From a virus, in the IMG/VR virus record IMGVR_UViG_3300036979_001044, positions 32,811 to 96,810 of that record: DNA of 64,000 nucleotides; one strand, given 5' to 3'. Shown one piece after another: positions 19,684-29,303 of this stretch. The position numbers and the translations under genes were made by a program. How positions within the stretch are numbered: position 1 is the stretch's first letter; each line of letters opens with the position of its first letter. The notes beneath the pieces are model-generated. The model did not search any database. It was not told the DNA's origin and saw only the letters and a list, made by a program, of their open reading frames with translations.

Positions 19684-20708
19684 GCCACCACCATCCGCAA
19701 ACCTTTGTAGTATTTCTCAAGGGTTGGGATTACTTGCTTGATTTCCTTCTCGTATTGGGCGAGCCGGGCGCCATAACCCGCGTACATCGCCGAAGAAGTT
19801 GTGGTATATCCTTGACTTAGCCCGTCGATGCTCAAATTCTGGGACGCAATACCCGCACCCCCTAGTAAATCGCCTAGGGGGTTTAATGGCCCGAAAGACG
19901 CCAGCTTAGCGATGGCGTCGCGCAACACCGGCGGGAGGGTCCCGCTCTCGAACCCGGCGGTGTAGTCGATCTGGAAAACCCCAGGGATGAAGCGCCGGGC
20001 GCCGTAGAGATAAGGCAACCACGGCCCCGTCGTCCCCATCACCACCACACCCGACCCCGCGACGCCCGGCACTACCTGAACGTGACCGGCCTCTCGTTCG
20101 ACCTGGAGGAACTCCCGCCCGAAGGTCTGGACGGTGTTGCCCCCCGCTCCGGGGATGACGATGCGAAGCTCATCCACGTCGATGATCGGATAGTCCTTGG
20201 TCTTGATGAACACGTACTCGCGGAAGTCCTCTGCGTAGTAGTCGTGCAGCTCGGAGGTGATTGGCTTGGGGCGCAGCGAGAGTTGCAGGCGGTGTTCAAA
20301 CCAGGAGACCGCTGACTTGATGAACCACTCGTAGAGCGAGTCGGGCATCGGTTCCCCGGCATCGTTGGTCAGATCGAGCCCAAAGAGGTAGTTATTCTTC
20401 AGTTCGGCCACCGAAACGATGTCGAGAGCGAAGTCCCCTTCACCTTGTTGCGCATCGGAAAGAGAGGATTCCAGGAGAGAGACCGAATGGAAGTAGCTAG
20501 ATTTGTAGTAGTATCCAGCAGCTCCAGCGCTGTCGGTGCATTCGTAGACCATCTTCCCCGATTCCAGCGCGATTCTCGTGCTGGGGTCGGTGACCTCAAC
20601 GTAAACGCCGTCGAGCCCAGTGATGGAGCGGTAGATCTTGATCCGGTTGAAGGTCCGTTGGACTACTTCCAGATTCGCGACCACGACTTTCAGGGTGATG
20701 ACTGCCAT
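19680..20708 (-). CDS. Head-tail adaptor protein
   Basis: YLFGLDL, DYTAGF, GAGIASQNLSIDGLSQ...SAMYAGYGAR. Confidence 0.7.
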   Translation of the reverse strand: MAVITLKVVVANLEVVQRTFNRIKIYRSITGLDGVYVEVTDPSTRIALESGKMVYECTDSAGAAGYYYKSSYFHSVSLLESSLSDAQQGEGDFALDIVSVAELKNNYLFGLDLTNDAGEPMPDSLYEWFIKSAVSWFEHRLQLSLRPKPITSELHDYYAEDFREYVFIKTKDYPIIDVDELRIVIPGAGGNTVQTFGREFLQVEREAGHVQVVPGVAGSGVVVMGTTGPWLPYLYGARRFIPGVFQIDYTAGFESGTLPPVLRDAIAKLASFGPLNPLGDLLGGAGIASQNLSIDGLSQGYTTTSSAMYAGYGARLAQYEKEIKQVIPTLEKYYKGLRMVVA

Positions 20709-21152
20709 CTAGTCCTCCTCGGACATCGAGGTGAAAAGGGTTGGTCGCTCCGACTGCGATACGATCACCGGGGACAGCTCGGCTTGCGCCGACAAGAAGG
20801 ATTCCAATTCCTCGCTGCCCAGCCCCGGGATGTCCTCTCCCGTTAGGGTGTCTGGTTGGATGATACGGGTCTCCGGGGCACTGGGGCAACCCCCATCCGC
20901 GCCGCCTCCAGTATGCACATTGGAGTGATACTCGATTTCCAGAGAATCTCCCGCGAGTGGAACCTCCTTCATCACCACCTTGCGGTTGCCCTGCACAAAA
21001 AATCCGTCATCCCAGGAACGGACCTTCAGCCGCCCATTGACGAACACCTGCACCGTCTCCGGCGTGAAGTCGAAGGAGACGTAGAACTCGGTATTGACCC
21101 CATCGACTGCGCCGATCAGCGTGTCTCCAGCGGTCTCCTTGAGCGTGATCAT
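20709..21152 (-). CDS. Small beta-rich virion protein
   Basis: DGVN..F...VQVFVNG...MKEVPLAGDSLEIEY; same domain as 21149..21391. Confidence 0.6.
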   Translation of the reverse strand: MITLKETAGDTLIGAVDGVNTEFYVSFDFTPETVQVFVNGRLKVRSWDDGFFVQGNRKVVMKEVPLAGDSLEIEYHSNVHTGGGADGGCPSAPETRIIQPDTLTGEDIPGLGSEELESFLSAQAELSPVIVSQSERPTLFTSMSEED

Positions 21153-21391
21153 GGGACCTCGTACTGGACGGATAGGCTATCCCCGGTGAGAGGTGCTTCC
21201 TTCATCTGGATCTGCCGGCTGCCCAGCTCTTCGTACCCGGTGTCCCAGCCAGGTACCAGCCGCACACCATTTTTCCAGACCGACACCGTTCCAGAAAAGT
21301 ATTCGGCACTCGTCCAGAAAATCCGATTCACCCCATCCGGCTCAGGGGTGACCAGTTCGCGCATCAAGTCCCTCGCGATCATAATGGCCAT
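21149..21391 (-). CDS. Small beta-rich virion protein
   Basis: DGVN..F...VSVWKNG...MKEAPLTGDSLSVQY. Confidence 0.6.
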   Translation of the reverse strand: MAIMIARDLMRELVTPEPDGVNRIFWTSAEYFSGTVSVWKNGVRLVPGWDTGYEELGSRQIQMKEAPLTGDSLSVQYEVP

Positions 21392-21609
21392 CGGCTAGCA
21401 TCCACCCTGGTGCTCGCGTACCAGTCCAAATCCAACCCGTCGCAGCTCAAACGAAGTCGCTGGATATCCCCGAGCAGGTCTTCCAGTACTCCGCACAGAT
21501 CATCCATGTGGCGGAAGGTCTCCGCGTGAAAGCGCAATGGACTGTACCGCTTTCCGGTCGTTTCCTCTAAAGAGATCTCGCGGGCGGTGTCATCCAGGTC
21601 GCCGCACAT
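21379..21609 (-). CDS. Hypothetical protein
   Basis: ORF from MCGDLDD fills the gap in the operon; start is uncertain. Confidence 0.4.
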   Translation of the reverse strand: MCGDLDDTAREISLEETTGKRYSPLRFHAETFRHMDDLCGVLEDLLGDIQRLRLSCDGLDLDWYASTRVDASRWPL

Positions 21610-22066
21610 CCCCGGTATTTTCAGACAATTCCCGCACATAATCGCGTAGCTCCTGGTGCAAGTCCGTCTTGCTCCGGTTGTGCAGATCTTCCAGGCGCTG
21701 GAGGAGCGCGGGGCGTAACTGGCGCATTTCGTCGCGGATGTGATCAACTACGTTGAACAACGCATCCACTTTACGTCCGCGCGTAGACTCCATCGCCGTG
21801 TCCTCACGCACAAACTGCTCCCAGCGATCGCGCAACTTCTCCATGGTCTCGTCAAGTCGCATCACCACCCGCAACTCGCGTTCTTCGCATTCCTTCCGCT
21901 GCACGATGAGCCCCGAGATAATATTGGCCAACTCCTGATATTTCTGTTCAGTTTTTTCGCGGTAGGTCTGAAGGAGTGAACGCATCAAGAACCCGACGAT
22001 CGAGAAGATCAATCCCACCGCGCCGCCTACGATCGCCAGGACGGTCTCAATGCTGATCGACGGCAT
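21590..22066 (-). CDS. Membrane-anchored coiled-coil protein (holin-like)
   Basis: One N-terminal TM segment (VLAIVGGAVGLIFSIVGFLM) followed by a charged coiled coil. Confidence 0.55.
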   Translation of the reverse strand: MPSISIETVLAIVGGAVGLIFSIVGFLMRSLLQTYREKTEQKYQELANIISGLIVQRKECEERELRVVMRLDETMEKLRDRWEQFVREDTAMESTRGRKVDALFNVVDHIRDEMRQLRPALLQRLEDLHNRSKTDLHQELRDYVRELSENTGDVRRPG

Positions 22067-22448
22067 CCGCTTGCCCTTTCTCCCCGAGGAGGGTCCAGAT
22101 TCGCGCCAACAATCGAGCCAATGGTTTGACCGGCTTGCCCAGCCAATCGTTGACATCATGGCGCAAATAATCCAACTGTATATCCACTCCTTCTACCGCG
22201 CTCAGCACAATGATGGGGAGATCTAGCGTACTGCGCTTCAACTCTTTTCTGGCGTATTCGATCACTTGCCAATTGCATGCCTTTGCCAGGCCGATGTCAA
22301 TCACCAGAACATCTACCTCGAAGCTCACCAGGTGCTCCAGCGCTCCTTCCACTGTTGCCGCTTCCAGAATCTGGAACCCATAACGACTCAGGTACTCTCG
22401 GTGCACGACCTGGGCTTGTGCATCCTCGTCCACAAGCAACACCCGCAT
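22047..22448 (-). CDS. Single-domain response regulator (receiver domain)
   Basis: MRVLLVDED (acidic pocket), VLVIDIGL (phospho-Asp), PIIVLSA (Ser/Thr), WLGKP (Lys-Pro), LLARI. GGAG RBS upstream. Confidence 0.85.
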   Translation of the reverse strand: MRVLLVDEDAQAQVVHREYLSRYGFQILEAATVEGALEHLVSFEVDVLVIDIGLAKACNWQVIEYARKELKRSTLDLPIIVLSAVEGVDIQLDYLRHDVNDWLGKPVKPLARLLARIWTLLGEKGQADAVDQH

Positions 22449-22461
22449 ATCGGCCTCCTGG

Positions 22462-22965
22462 CTAGACCGGCGCGTCCAACTCTTCGAAGAAGGTTTCCGA
22501 ATTCTTAAGGCAGATAGCCCATATAGCGCGGACATCGACATACTGCGGGTCCTCAAAATATTTTCCGATACCATTGAGCACCATCGCCAGGTACTCCGAG
22601 CAGAAAAGGCCCTTGTAAGTACGCAGCGGGTGGCGGACCTTGAGCTTCAGATAGCGCCAGCAGATCAGCAGCAGCCCGATGACCACCAGGCCCTGGTAGT
22701 CGTACTGCTCGCCAAAATGCGAAGACGTGGCACGCATCGCTTCCCAGATCTTCGGGTGCTCGATCCGGAAGCGCTTCCGCCAGATACGCTTCTTTTGCGG
22801 AATGGCGCGTACCCCTTTGGTCATTGCTTCAGCCACCCACAGCGCATCCCAGTCATTCGATTCGTAGACCAGAACCACATGGTTGAATTCGAATCCACTC
22901 ACCTTGCGCACCAGCCACGCAGGAAAACCTTTATCCCGCTCAAATGCGATCCATACCTTGTTCAC
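22462..22965 (-). CDS. Permuted papain-like NlpC/P60 (YiiX/YebB-like) amidase/peptidase
   Basis: FNHVVLV (His), GEQYDY and LFCSEY (Cys) in permuted order. Confidence 0.75.
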   Translation of the reverse strand: MNKVWIAFERDKGFPAWLVRKVSGFEFNHVVLVYESNDWDALWVAEAMTKGVRAIPQKKRIWRKRFRIEHPKIWEAMRATSSHFGEQYDYQGLVVIGLLLICWRYLKLKVRHPLRTYKGLFCSEYLAMVLNGIGKYFEDPQYVDVRAIWAICLKNSETFFEELDAPV

Positions 22966-23173
22966 GGATCTCCTTTAACGCCCGAACAGCGCTCGCCCCA
23001 CGTTGGTCGGAACAAAATTCCCGTTCTCATCCTTTCCTACCCATTTCAACTTCAGGCACTCCCGCATAGCCTCTTGGCAGATCACCGATTCAGGAGCAAC
23101 GGGCCCCGTGTTGACCACATTCTTCAGCTCCTCCATGACCTTCCGCATCCGTTCTTTTTTCTCTTCGGACATT

Positions 23174-24022
23174 TTACTCCTCGTCTTTCCGGCCAAAGAA
23201 CGAAGCCGCTCCCATCTCGCCCGCAAACGGAATGTCATTTTCCAGCCAGCAGCGAATCTCCATTGAATAGACACCCTGGAGGGCGTTCGCCGCCCGGGCA
23301 GTGTAGTCGTAGTAGAGGAACACCCGGGGCTGAGTTGGCATTCTCCAAGCATCGTAATCCCCGCCCCCACCACTCTCGATGGCATCTTCCCACTCGATAC
23401 GGGAAGCGTCCTTCTTCAGGTCATCAAGCGTCTGGTAAATCTCGGGACTGGATAACGGCATCATCCCGTAGCCAACATCTCCCCAGAGCTGAAAGAACAC
23501 GCTGTCCCGCATTCCGATATTCTTCGAGTACATGACCTTGACCGTGTTGCTGGTCCAGACGTATCCCGTGGGGGCCTGGGCCTTGAACAGGCTGGTCCGG
23601 ACGTAGGAGTAGTCGGCGGTCACCACCTCAGTTCCAGAAAGTGCGCTGTTGAAGGTCACCGCGCCGGTCACGTAGTTGATGGAAAAATCTCCACTGGTCC
23701 TGCCTGCCGGGTTCTCGGTCTTGATAGTGCCGTCTACCTTGACCACCGGGGCGTAGTTTTCCCGCAGTTCACACTCTCGGAAGATTTTCCCGTGCATCAC
23801 GTCAACCCAGTAGCGGGAGGTTGCTGGGGTGTAGATTGTGTGATTTCCAGAATCGGTCAAGGTCTCGCCAGTCACCCGAGCGGAGTCCTGCCACCACGTT
23901 TCTTTTTTACAGAAGTCCGAAGTGTAGCACTCGTGTCTCCGACCCTCCAACGGCATCTGGCGCACGTCGCCGAAAATCGGAATCTCTTCCCCTTCTGCGA
24001 TCCGGATCGGCATGATCGCCAT
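23174..24022 (-). CDS. Virion structural protein
   Basis: DFSINYVTGAVTF...VTADYSY beta unit; lies within the structural operon. Confidence 0.6.
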   Translation of the reverse strand: MAIMPIRIAEGEEIPIFGDVRQMPLEGRRHECYTSDFCKKETWWQDSARVTGETLTDSGNHTIYTPATSRYWVDVMHGKIFRECELRENYAPVVKVDGTIKTENPAGRTSGDFSINYVTGAVTFNSALSGTEVVTADYSYVRTSLFKAQAPTGYVWTSNTVKVMYSKNIGMRDSVFFQLWGDVGYGMMPLSSPEIYQTLDDLKKDASRIEWEDAIESGGGGDYDAWRMPTQPRVFLYYDYTARAANALQGVYSMEIRCWLENDIPFAGEMGAASFFGRKDEE

Positions 24023-24708
24023 TAGATGATCTCCTTGCCGCAGAACACCGCGCTCACATGATCCAGCCCAGAAATATTATCCCACACCGTGATCCGCACA
24101 TAGTCAGGAGTGGCGTAGGTCCCGGCCTTCATAAATTTGATCCCACCCAATCCAATCAACACTTTTGCCAAGTCGGGGGTTGCGCTGTACAACTCAAAAC
24201 CACCAGACGACGTGAACTGAACAACCTCACGGGTGCGCTTGAAATTGGCGATGTTGTATACTCGATCCTGGGCTTTCGCCTCGATCAATAACCCGTTGGT
24301 CAATAGAGTGACTCCAAAAAATGAATCCCCAAACGAGATCGTCGGCTCCTCGATTACCAAGTTCAGGCTGCTACCTTCAACGTCGTAGGACGCACCTGGA
24401 GACCAAGAAAAAACAACCGGAGTGACCGACCCATTGACATTCATGTTTCTGGAAGATCCGTTCAACAAATCAGCATAAAGGACTCCGACCCCGCTTGCGG
24501 AAATGGTCGCTTGCACCGAGAGCTTCCCGTCCGAGAGGATGTCTATCTCGTGACCAGAAGCATCAACAATCCGGACCTTGCCCAGCGTATTGGTGCCAGC
24601 CTCCAGCCGAGATTCGACCCGAAGCCTCCGAACTCCTGAGTCGTCGATAACGCTGATGGGTGTCACCCCATCTGGGCCGTACAAAATTGTTGCCGGAGAC
24701 AAACTCAT
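24022..24708 (-). CDS. Virion structural protein
   Basis: MNVNGSVTPVVF...FFG...LTNGL pattern; translationally coupled to its neighbours. Confidence 0.6.
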   Translation of the reverse strand: MSLSPATILYGPDGVTPISVIDDSGVRRLRVESRLEAGTNTLGKVRIVDASGHEIDILSDGKLSVQATISASGVGVLYADLLNGSSRNMNVNGSVTPVVFSWSPGASYDVEGSSLNLVIEEPTISFGDSFFGVTLLTNGLLIEAKAQDRVYNIANFKRTREVVQFTSSGGFELYSATPDLAKVLIGLGGIKFMKAGTYATPDYVRITVWDNISGLDHVSAVFCGKEII

Positions 24709-25269
24709 TTAACTCACCACAATCGCCCGAGACCGAGAGGTCTCGAAGATGCCCGAGTAGGTGATGGTGTCGGTGACCGTGGCTAGCACCGTCGATCCAT
24801 CAGTGTCATAGATTTTCCAGACAATGGTAGTCGGCGAGATGCCAGTCCAGGTAATCAGCCTCTCAACGATCTTCTTGAGCTTCTCGCTGCTCTCCCACCA
24901 GATGATGGCCGTCGGAAATACCCATGTGCCAGTAACCTCGCGATAGGCTCCGGTCGCAAATCCCTCGGCAGGCCCCTCGTCGATGAAATGGATAAGCTGA
25001 CGAAGCGCTTTATGGGTACTGGTGGTGATTCCCCCACCCAACTCGCTCAACTTCCAGCTCCCCGCGACTGGGTCGGTGAGTACCAGGTTGTCTTCGGCGT
25101 CGCGCTCGGAGGTCACTGCCTCATCATCGGAAGTTGCATTCTGGAAAGTCATTCCCCGAGCGTCAACGTAATCCTCATTCTGATCCATCGCAGTGGGGAA
25201 TTCGTCCGTCTCGACCCCACCACTGGCAGGGTCCTCGAATTTTAGGGGGTGGACGCGATCCTTGACCAT
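24709..25269 (-). CDS. Virion structural protein
   Basis: HKALRQLIHFIDEGP; lies in the structural operon. Confidence 0.55.
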   Translation of the reverse strand: MVKDRVHPLKFEDPASGGVETDEFPTAMDQNEDYVDARGMTFQNATSDDEAVTSERDAEDNLVLTDPVAGSWKLSELGGGITTSTHKALRQLIHFIDEGPAEGFATGAYREVTGTWVFPTAIIWWESSEKLKKIVERLITWTGISPTTIVWKIYDTDGSTVLATVTDTITYSGIFETSRSRAIVVS

Positions 25270-25419
25270 TGCCCCCAACCTAACTCAAATCGGCATTAGG
25301 GACAAGCCGCTGGAGAAGAAAGCAGTGGCCCCAATGCTCAGAAAAATCGGGGGCCACTGCTTCCAGAAAAAGCGGAGTCCCTCCAGAAAGGGGAAATCCA
25401 GAAAAACCCCGCTACTATC

Positions 25420-27024
25420 TTAGGCGGACTTCTTGCCCAGATCCGTGATTTGAACGAACAGATCGCTCGCGCTGGCCGCGTAGCCAATGCGGATGACTCG
25501 CTTCGCTCCCGTGGGAATTGCGGTGACCAGGCCACCGCCGTCTCCCAGGTAGTAGGGGGTGTTGACCAGCGCGGTGGTGAGCACGCCGGAGCACAGCCCG
25601 GAGAAGCACACCGGACCGCTGCCGCTGGGGATAGCGATACGGGCGATACCGACCGTCCGCGCTTCCACATCCACCCCAGCGTCGGCCTTGGAGACCGTGT
25701 CGTTGGCCGAGAAGTAGACCGGATCGCCCTTGGCGATGGCCTCGCCCACGGCGTAGTCTTTCTCCAGTCTCTCGGACTCCGCCACCGCGGCAACCAACTG
25801 GTTGGAGCCGTTGATGGTGATGGTCGACCCATCGACTTTCGCCCCGAGCCCACTGGCGGTCAGCTCCAGTCCTCCGAGCGTGATCAGATTGACCTGGAAC
25901 GCGCCCGACCCGTTGAACGCCAAACCGCCCGTTCCCACGCCCGCCGCGGCGAGCTTGGCCGAGACCACGCCCGCGGCGATTGCGAGACCCTTGTCGGTGT
26001 CGTAGGTAGCCTTGCCCTTGATGGTCCCACCGCCAGAGCCGCCATTCGCATCGGGGATGCTGTTCGGGCCCGTAAAAGCGGTCCAGGCCGAGGTGTCATA
26101 GACGAACCCGTAGTTTTCGTAGATGCCATTTTCACCCGCCACCAGAACAGCGTCTCCGTCGATCGGGGCGACAAACGACCAAGCGTTGGTGGTCGAGTTG
26201 TACGTCCCGAATTTGTTCTCCTGGCTGGCGAACGGGGCAGCCGCTCCGGTCCCGATGACCACCACCCGAGTCCCGTTGGGCGGCTCGGAGCCGGAGTTGG
26301 CGAGAACCACAACCCACGCCGTCCCGCTCCATTCCACGATGTCGCCGTTGGCGTAACCGGTGCCCCAGCCATTCACCAGCCAGGCTTCGCCAGCTGCGCC
26401 GGCGGTGGGCACGTCGTTGGTGCCAGCGTCGGTAGCATCGTCGATACCCAGCTCCAGCCAGTTCGCATGCGCCGACGTGATGGCAACGGTCGAACCCGTT
26501 CCTGTGGTGTTGCTCTGGATGTCGATCTGGTTGGCGGCGCCTTCTACCGCGATGGTTCCGCCGAGACCGCCACCGGTGCCGTACAGCGTGTTGATGGCCG
26601 TGATCGCTGCCGCGCGATCTACCGGGGCCGAAGCCAGGGTGATGACCACCGGGGTCTCGCCGTCGATCGCCACGGTGAAGGAGTTTCCGGTTGTCAAATT
26701 GACGATCCCAGTTCCACCCGACCCCACGACGAGCGCGCCGGTGGGCGTGCGCGCCGTACCGCTCTTCATCTTCAGGACCGAGACCGGGGACTTCCAGCTG
26801 TAGCCAGCGATGGCTGCATCGAGCTGGGCCTTGTTGACGGCGTCGCCAGCGTCGGCGCCATTGGCCAAGCCGATGACCTTGCCGGTCCCGGAAAGCTGGA
26901 TGTTGCCAGCCGACTCTGATCCGGCGCCGATCACCATGGAGGCGACCTTTACTCCATCGCTCGCTCCCTGCTCTTCGTTGTACCCGTCGGTACCGTTCAG
27001 AAATAGAAATTTCTTGATTGCCAT
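25420..27024 (-). CDS. Head fibre / decoration protein with capsid-cement-like C-terminus
   Basis: DAVNKAQLD fibre motif, Gly/Ala/Thr-rich, C-terminal AVGEAIAKGDPVY...KADA...YYL...G. Confidence 0.65.
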   Translation of the reverse strand: MAIKKFLFLNGTDGYNEEQGASDGVKVASMVIGAGSESAGNIQLSGTGKVIGLANGADAGDAVNKAQLDAAIAGYSWKSPVSVLKMKSGTARTPTGALVVGSGGTGIVNLTTGNSFTVAIDGETPVVITLASAPVDRAAAITAINTLYGTGGGLGGTIAVEGAANQIDIQSNTTGTGSTVAITSAHANWLELGIDDATDAGTNDVPTAGAAGEAWLVNGWGTGYANGDIVEWSGTAWVVVLANSGSEPPNGTRVVVIGTGAAAPFASQENKFGTYNSTTNAWSFVAPIDGDAVLVAGENGIYENYGFVYDTSAWTAFTGPNSIPDANGGSGGGTIKGKATYDTDKGLAIAAGVVSAKLAAAGVGTGGLAFNGSGAFQVNLITLGGLELTASGLGAKVDGSTITINGSNQLVAAVAESERLEKDYAVGEAIAKGDPVYFSANDTVSKADAGVDVEARTVGIARIAIPSGSGPVCFSGLCSGVLTTALVNTPYYLGDGGGLVTAIPTGAKRVIRIGYAASASDLFVQITDLGKKSA

Positions 27025-27138
27025 GCGGGTCTCCTTATTTCGGGTTGGATGTGCGGATGCTTAATGCAGTCTCCTGCATGTGAGCTAATGGTGGAACACT
27101 CAGCCGTCGAGACCAAGTGACAGCTAGATTGATGTGCC

Positions 27139-27555
27139 CTAACTGGGCAGCAGGCTCAAGGTCCCGGTGGCTTCATCGTATGAGTACAAGGATAGGTCTA
27201 TCCCGTGTTTCTGCGCCAGAAATTCCTTGACCATTTTTATTTCCGCAATGTTTTCTGATTCTTCCTGGCTCAGACGTTGCATGGCTTTGTTGCGATCAGC
27301 CTGCACTTGCTGGATGGCCTGGGCCACTCGCGCCTCGAACCAAGCTGGGCGGGTTTGCTTCTCGACCAGGATTCGTTTCATCCGTTCTTCCAGAAAAACC
27401 AAGCGCAACACCGTGGCCGGATCGTCGATGCGCGTCTTGGCTTCCACCCGCTTTTCCAGTTCCTCCAGATTTTCTGGAATGGCTTCCTCGTCATTTTCAT
27501 TTTCTGGAACATCCGCTGGGTCTAAACGACGTAGGGGGGTTCGCAGATCGTCCAT
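27139..27555 (-). CDS. Hypothetical coiled-coil protein
   Basis: 138 aa with a GGAG RBS. Confidence 0.6.
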   Translation of the reverse strand: MDDLRTPLRRLDPADVPENENDEEAIPENLEELEKRVEAKTRIDDPATVLRLVFLEERMKRILVEKQTRPAWFEARVAQAIQQVQADRNKAMQRLSQEESENIAEIKMVKEFLAQKHGIDLSLYSYDEATGTLSLLPS

Positions 27556-27583
27556 AGGTCTCCTCCGCGAAAAGGGTTACCAG

Positions 27584-28183
27584 CTAATCGGTACGGACCA
27601 ACTTGGTCAAATGCGGGGAAGGGGTCAGAGCGATAATGCTCTCACCAATGGCCGCGCCCATATGCTGAAGCCAAGCTGGGCGCCCGGTGTCCGCAGTCGG
27701 AACCGCATGAGTGAGGCCTCCGTCTGATCCCAGAAAGACGGGCAAGGGTCGCTCCAGCCCACCGTAAACCCCGCTCAAAACCCCGCCGTATTGCACCACG
27801 CAACTGGTCGCTGAAGCCTTGGATACGATGATCCCGATAGCAGGGAGAGTGGAATAGTCGTAGAGATCGCACTTGGTCACCTGGATGATTCCGCCCACCG
27901 GTGCCTCGCGCGAATAGATGCAGTCCCCTACCCGATCGGTCCCCAGGCATTGGGCCGGGAAGGCGTGCTGGGAAGCGAGTAGCTGCGAAATGCTGATCGG
28001 TACCGGATCGTACCACTTGTTGGTTCCGATGATCTGCCGGATCTGGGAGAGCATGTACTCCAGAAAATCCTGATGGGTCTGGGAGGCGCTCTCGGACAGC
28101 TCTATCTGCTCGGGGGTTTTCTGATCGTCGAAGGATTGCGATTTGCGCGTCTCATAGAGGCGTAGGAGCTGGCGCGGAGCCAA
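27584..28183 (-). CDS. Putative head decoration protein
   Basis: C-terminal VGDCIY...PAIGII...VFLG.DG resembles the C-terminus of 25420..27024. Confidence 0.55.
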   Translation of the reverse strand: MAPRQLLRLYETRKSQSFDDQKTPEQIELSESASQTHQDFLEYMLSQIRQIIGTNKWYDPVPISISQLLASQHAFPAQCLGTDRVGDCIYSREAPVGGIIQVTKCDLYDYSTLPAIGIIVSKASATSCVVQYGGVLSGVYGGLERPLPVFLGSDGGLTHAVPTADTGRPAWLQHMGAAIGESIIALTPSPHLTKLVRTD

Positions 28184-28218
28184 AAGGCACCTCCCGGAGA
28201 ATCGGGTGTAGGCCTAGT

Positions 28219-28530
28219 CTATCCGCGACGCTGAAAAGCTACCAGCTCTATCGCACTGCTGCCGCCACTTCCGCGCAACCAGATTTTGCTCCCTTCCACT
28301 GGCCCGTCCCATTCCCCGTTGGGAGTGGAAGTGCTGGCCACCGGAACAAGCACGTAATTGGCGTCGGCAGTGAAATCCTCGACGGTGAAGTACAGCTTGC
28401 AGGGGTTGCTTGTGGCGCGCACCTTCAGGTACTTCGACACGAACGGAAACTGGTGCACCCGTCCCGCCGAGTTGTCGATGGTATCGCGGAACACATGCGG
28501 TGCCCCGCCTCTGGATTCCATAAGGCTCAT
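28219..28530 (-). CDS. Small virion protein
   Basis: 103 aa, beta-rich, downstream of the capsid gene. Confidence 0.55.
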   Translation of the reverse strand: MSLMESRGGAPHVFRDTIDNSAGRVHQFPFVSKYLKVRATSNPCKLYFTVEDFTADANYVLVPVASTSTPNGEWDGPVEGSKIWLRGSGGSSAIELVAFQRRG

Positions 28531-28552
28531 GCCCCGCTCCTTTCAGGCGCGC

Positions 28553-28894
28553 TTAGGCCGTCTGCCCCTTCAGCTTGCCGAAGAGCACCACGTCCAGCAC
28601 CTCGGACGTGGCCGGACCGACGATGGTGATCTGGGTGGTCTTGCGGTCGGACAGCGCCACCTTGCCCTGCTTCGACTCGGTGGTGTGATTGTGAATCTGC
28701 ACCGCGTAGCTGGTGTCGGCCATGTCGCTCATCCCATGGGTCGCGAACACCACGATGCCGTCGGCGGGCATCTCCACCTGGTGGACCTGGATGGACACTC
28801 CGTTCTTGAAGGAGCCGACCAGGTTGGGAATCCCCTGATCCTTCAGATAGGGGATGTACTCCTGTGCTTTTTTCGGCATGGTACTCGTTGCCAT
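28553..28894 (-). CDS. Small virion protein
   Basis: 113 aa with an AGGAG RBS. Confidence 0.6.
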   Translation of the reverse strand: MATSTMPKKAQEYIPYLKDQGIPNLVGSFKNGVSIQVHQVEMPADGIVVFATHGMSDMADTSYAVQIHNHTTESKQGKVALSDRKTTQITIVGPATSEVLDVVLFGKLKGQTA

Positions 28895-28947
28895 TTCTCT
28901 CTCCTATCAGCCCCGGGGGCCGTCTGGATTTTATGTAGCTCTGGACA

Positions 28948-29283
28948 CTACCGCCGGCGAGGCTTCCCAACAGGCGGCCTGAACTCCGGCACCGGCAACG
29001 GATCAGGCGTGACCACCGGCTCGGGCCGTGGCTTGTCCGGAATCGTGATCGGCCGCTCCACCGGAAGTTCCACTGGTTTCTCCTCGGCTTTCTCGACCGG
29101 TTTTACCTCCGGCACCGCCTGGCGATCGATGTGCACCCTCCAGGCCGCCCGGTTGAGCAACATCTTCTGGGCGTCGGCGTCGGCGACATTTCGGACGATG
29201 CCCTGTGCATCGGTTTTGTACTCATGCCCGTTGACCAGCACCGAAGCGTTGGCCATGTGCGGGAGTACGTTTTGGATGTCCAT
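28948..29283 (-). CDS. Hypothetical protein with Pro/Glu-rich tail
   Basis: 111 aa with an AAGGAG RBS. Confidence 0.6.
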   Translation of the reverse strand: MDIQNVLPHMANASVLVNGHEYKTDAQGIVRNVADADAQKMLLNRAAWRVHIDRQAVPEVKPVEKAEEKPVELPVERPITIPDKPRPEPVVTPDPLPVPEFRPPVGKPRRR

Positions 29284-29303
29284 GCTCGCTCTCCTTCCCC
29301 GGG

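Noticed and set aside
22975-23385. 136-aa minus-strand ORF
   Set aside because: Its N-terminal half overlaps 23174..24022 out of frame. Only the last ~65 codons (from MSEEKK) could be a real small gene, and I cannot support a function.
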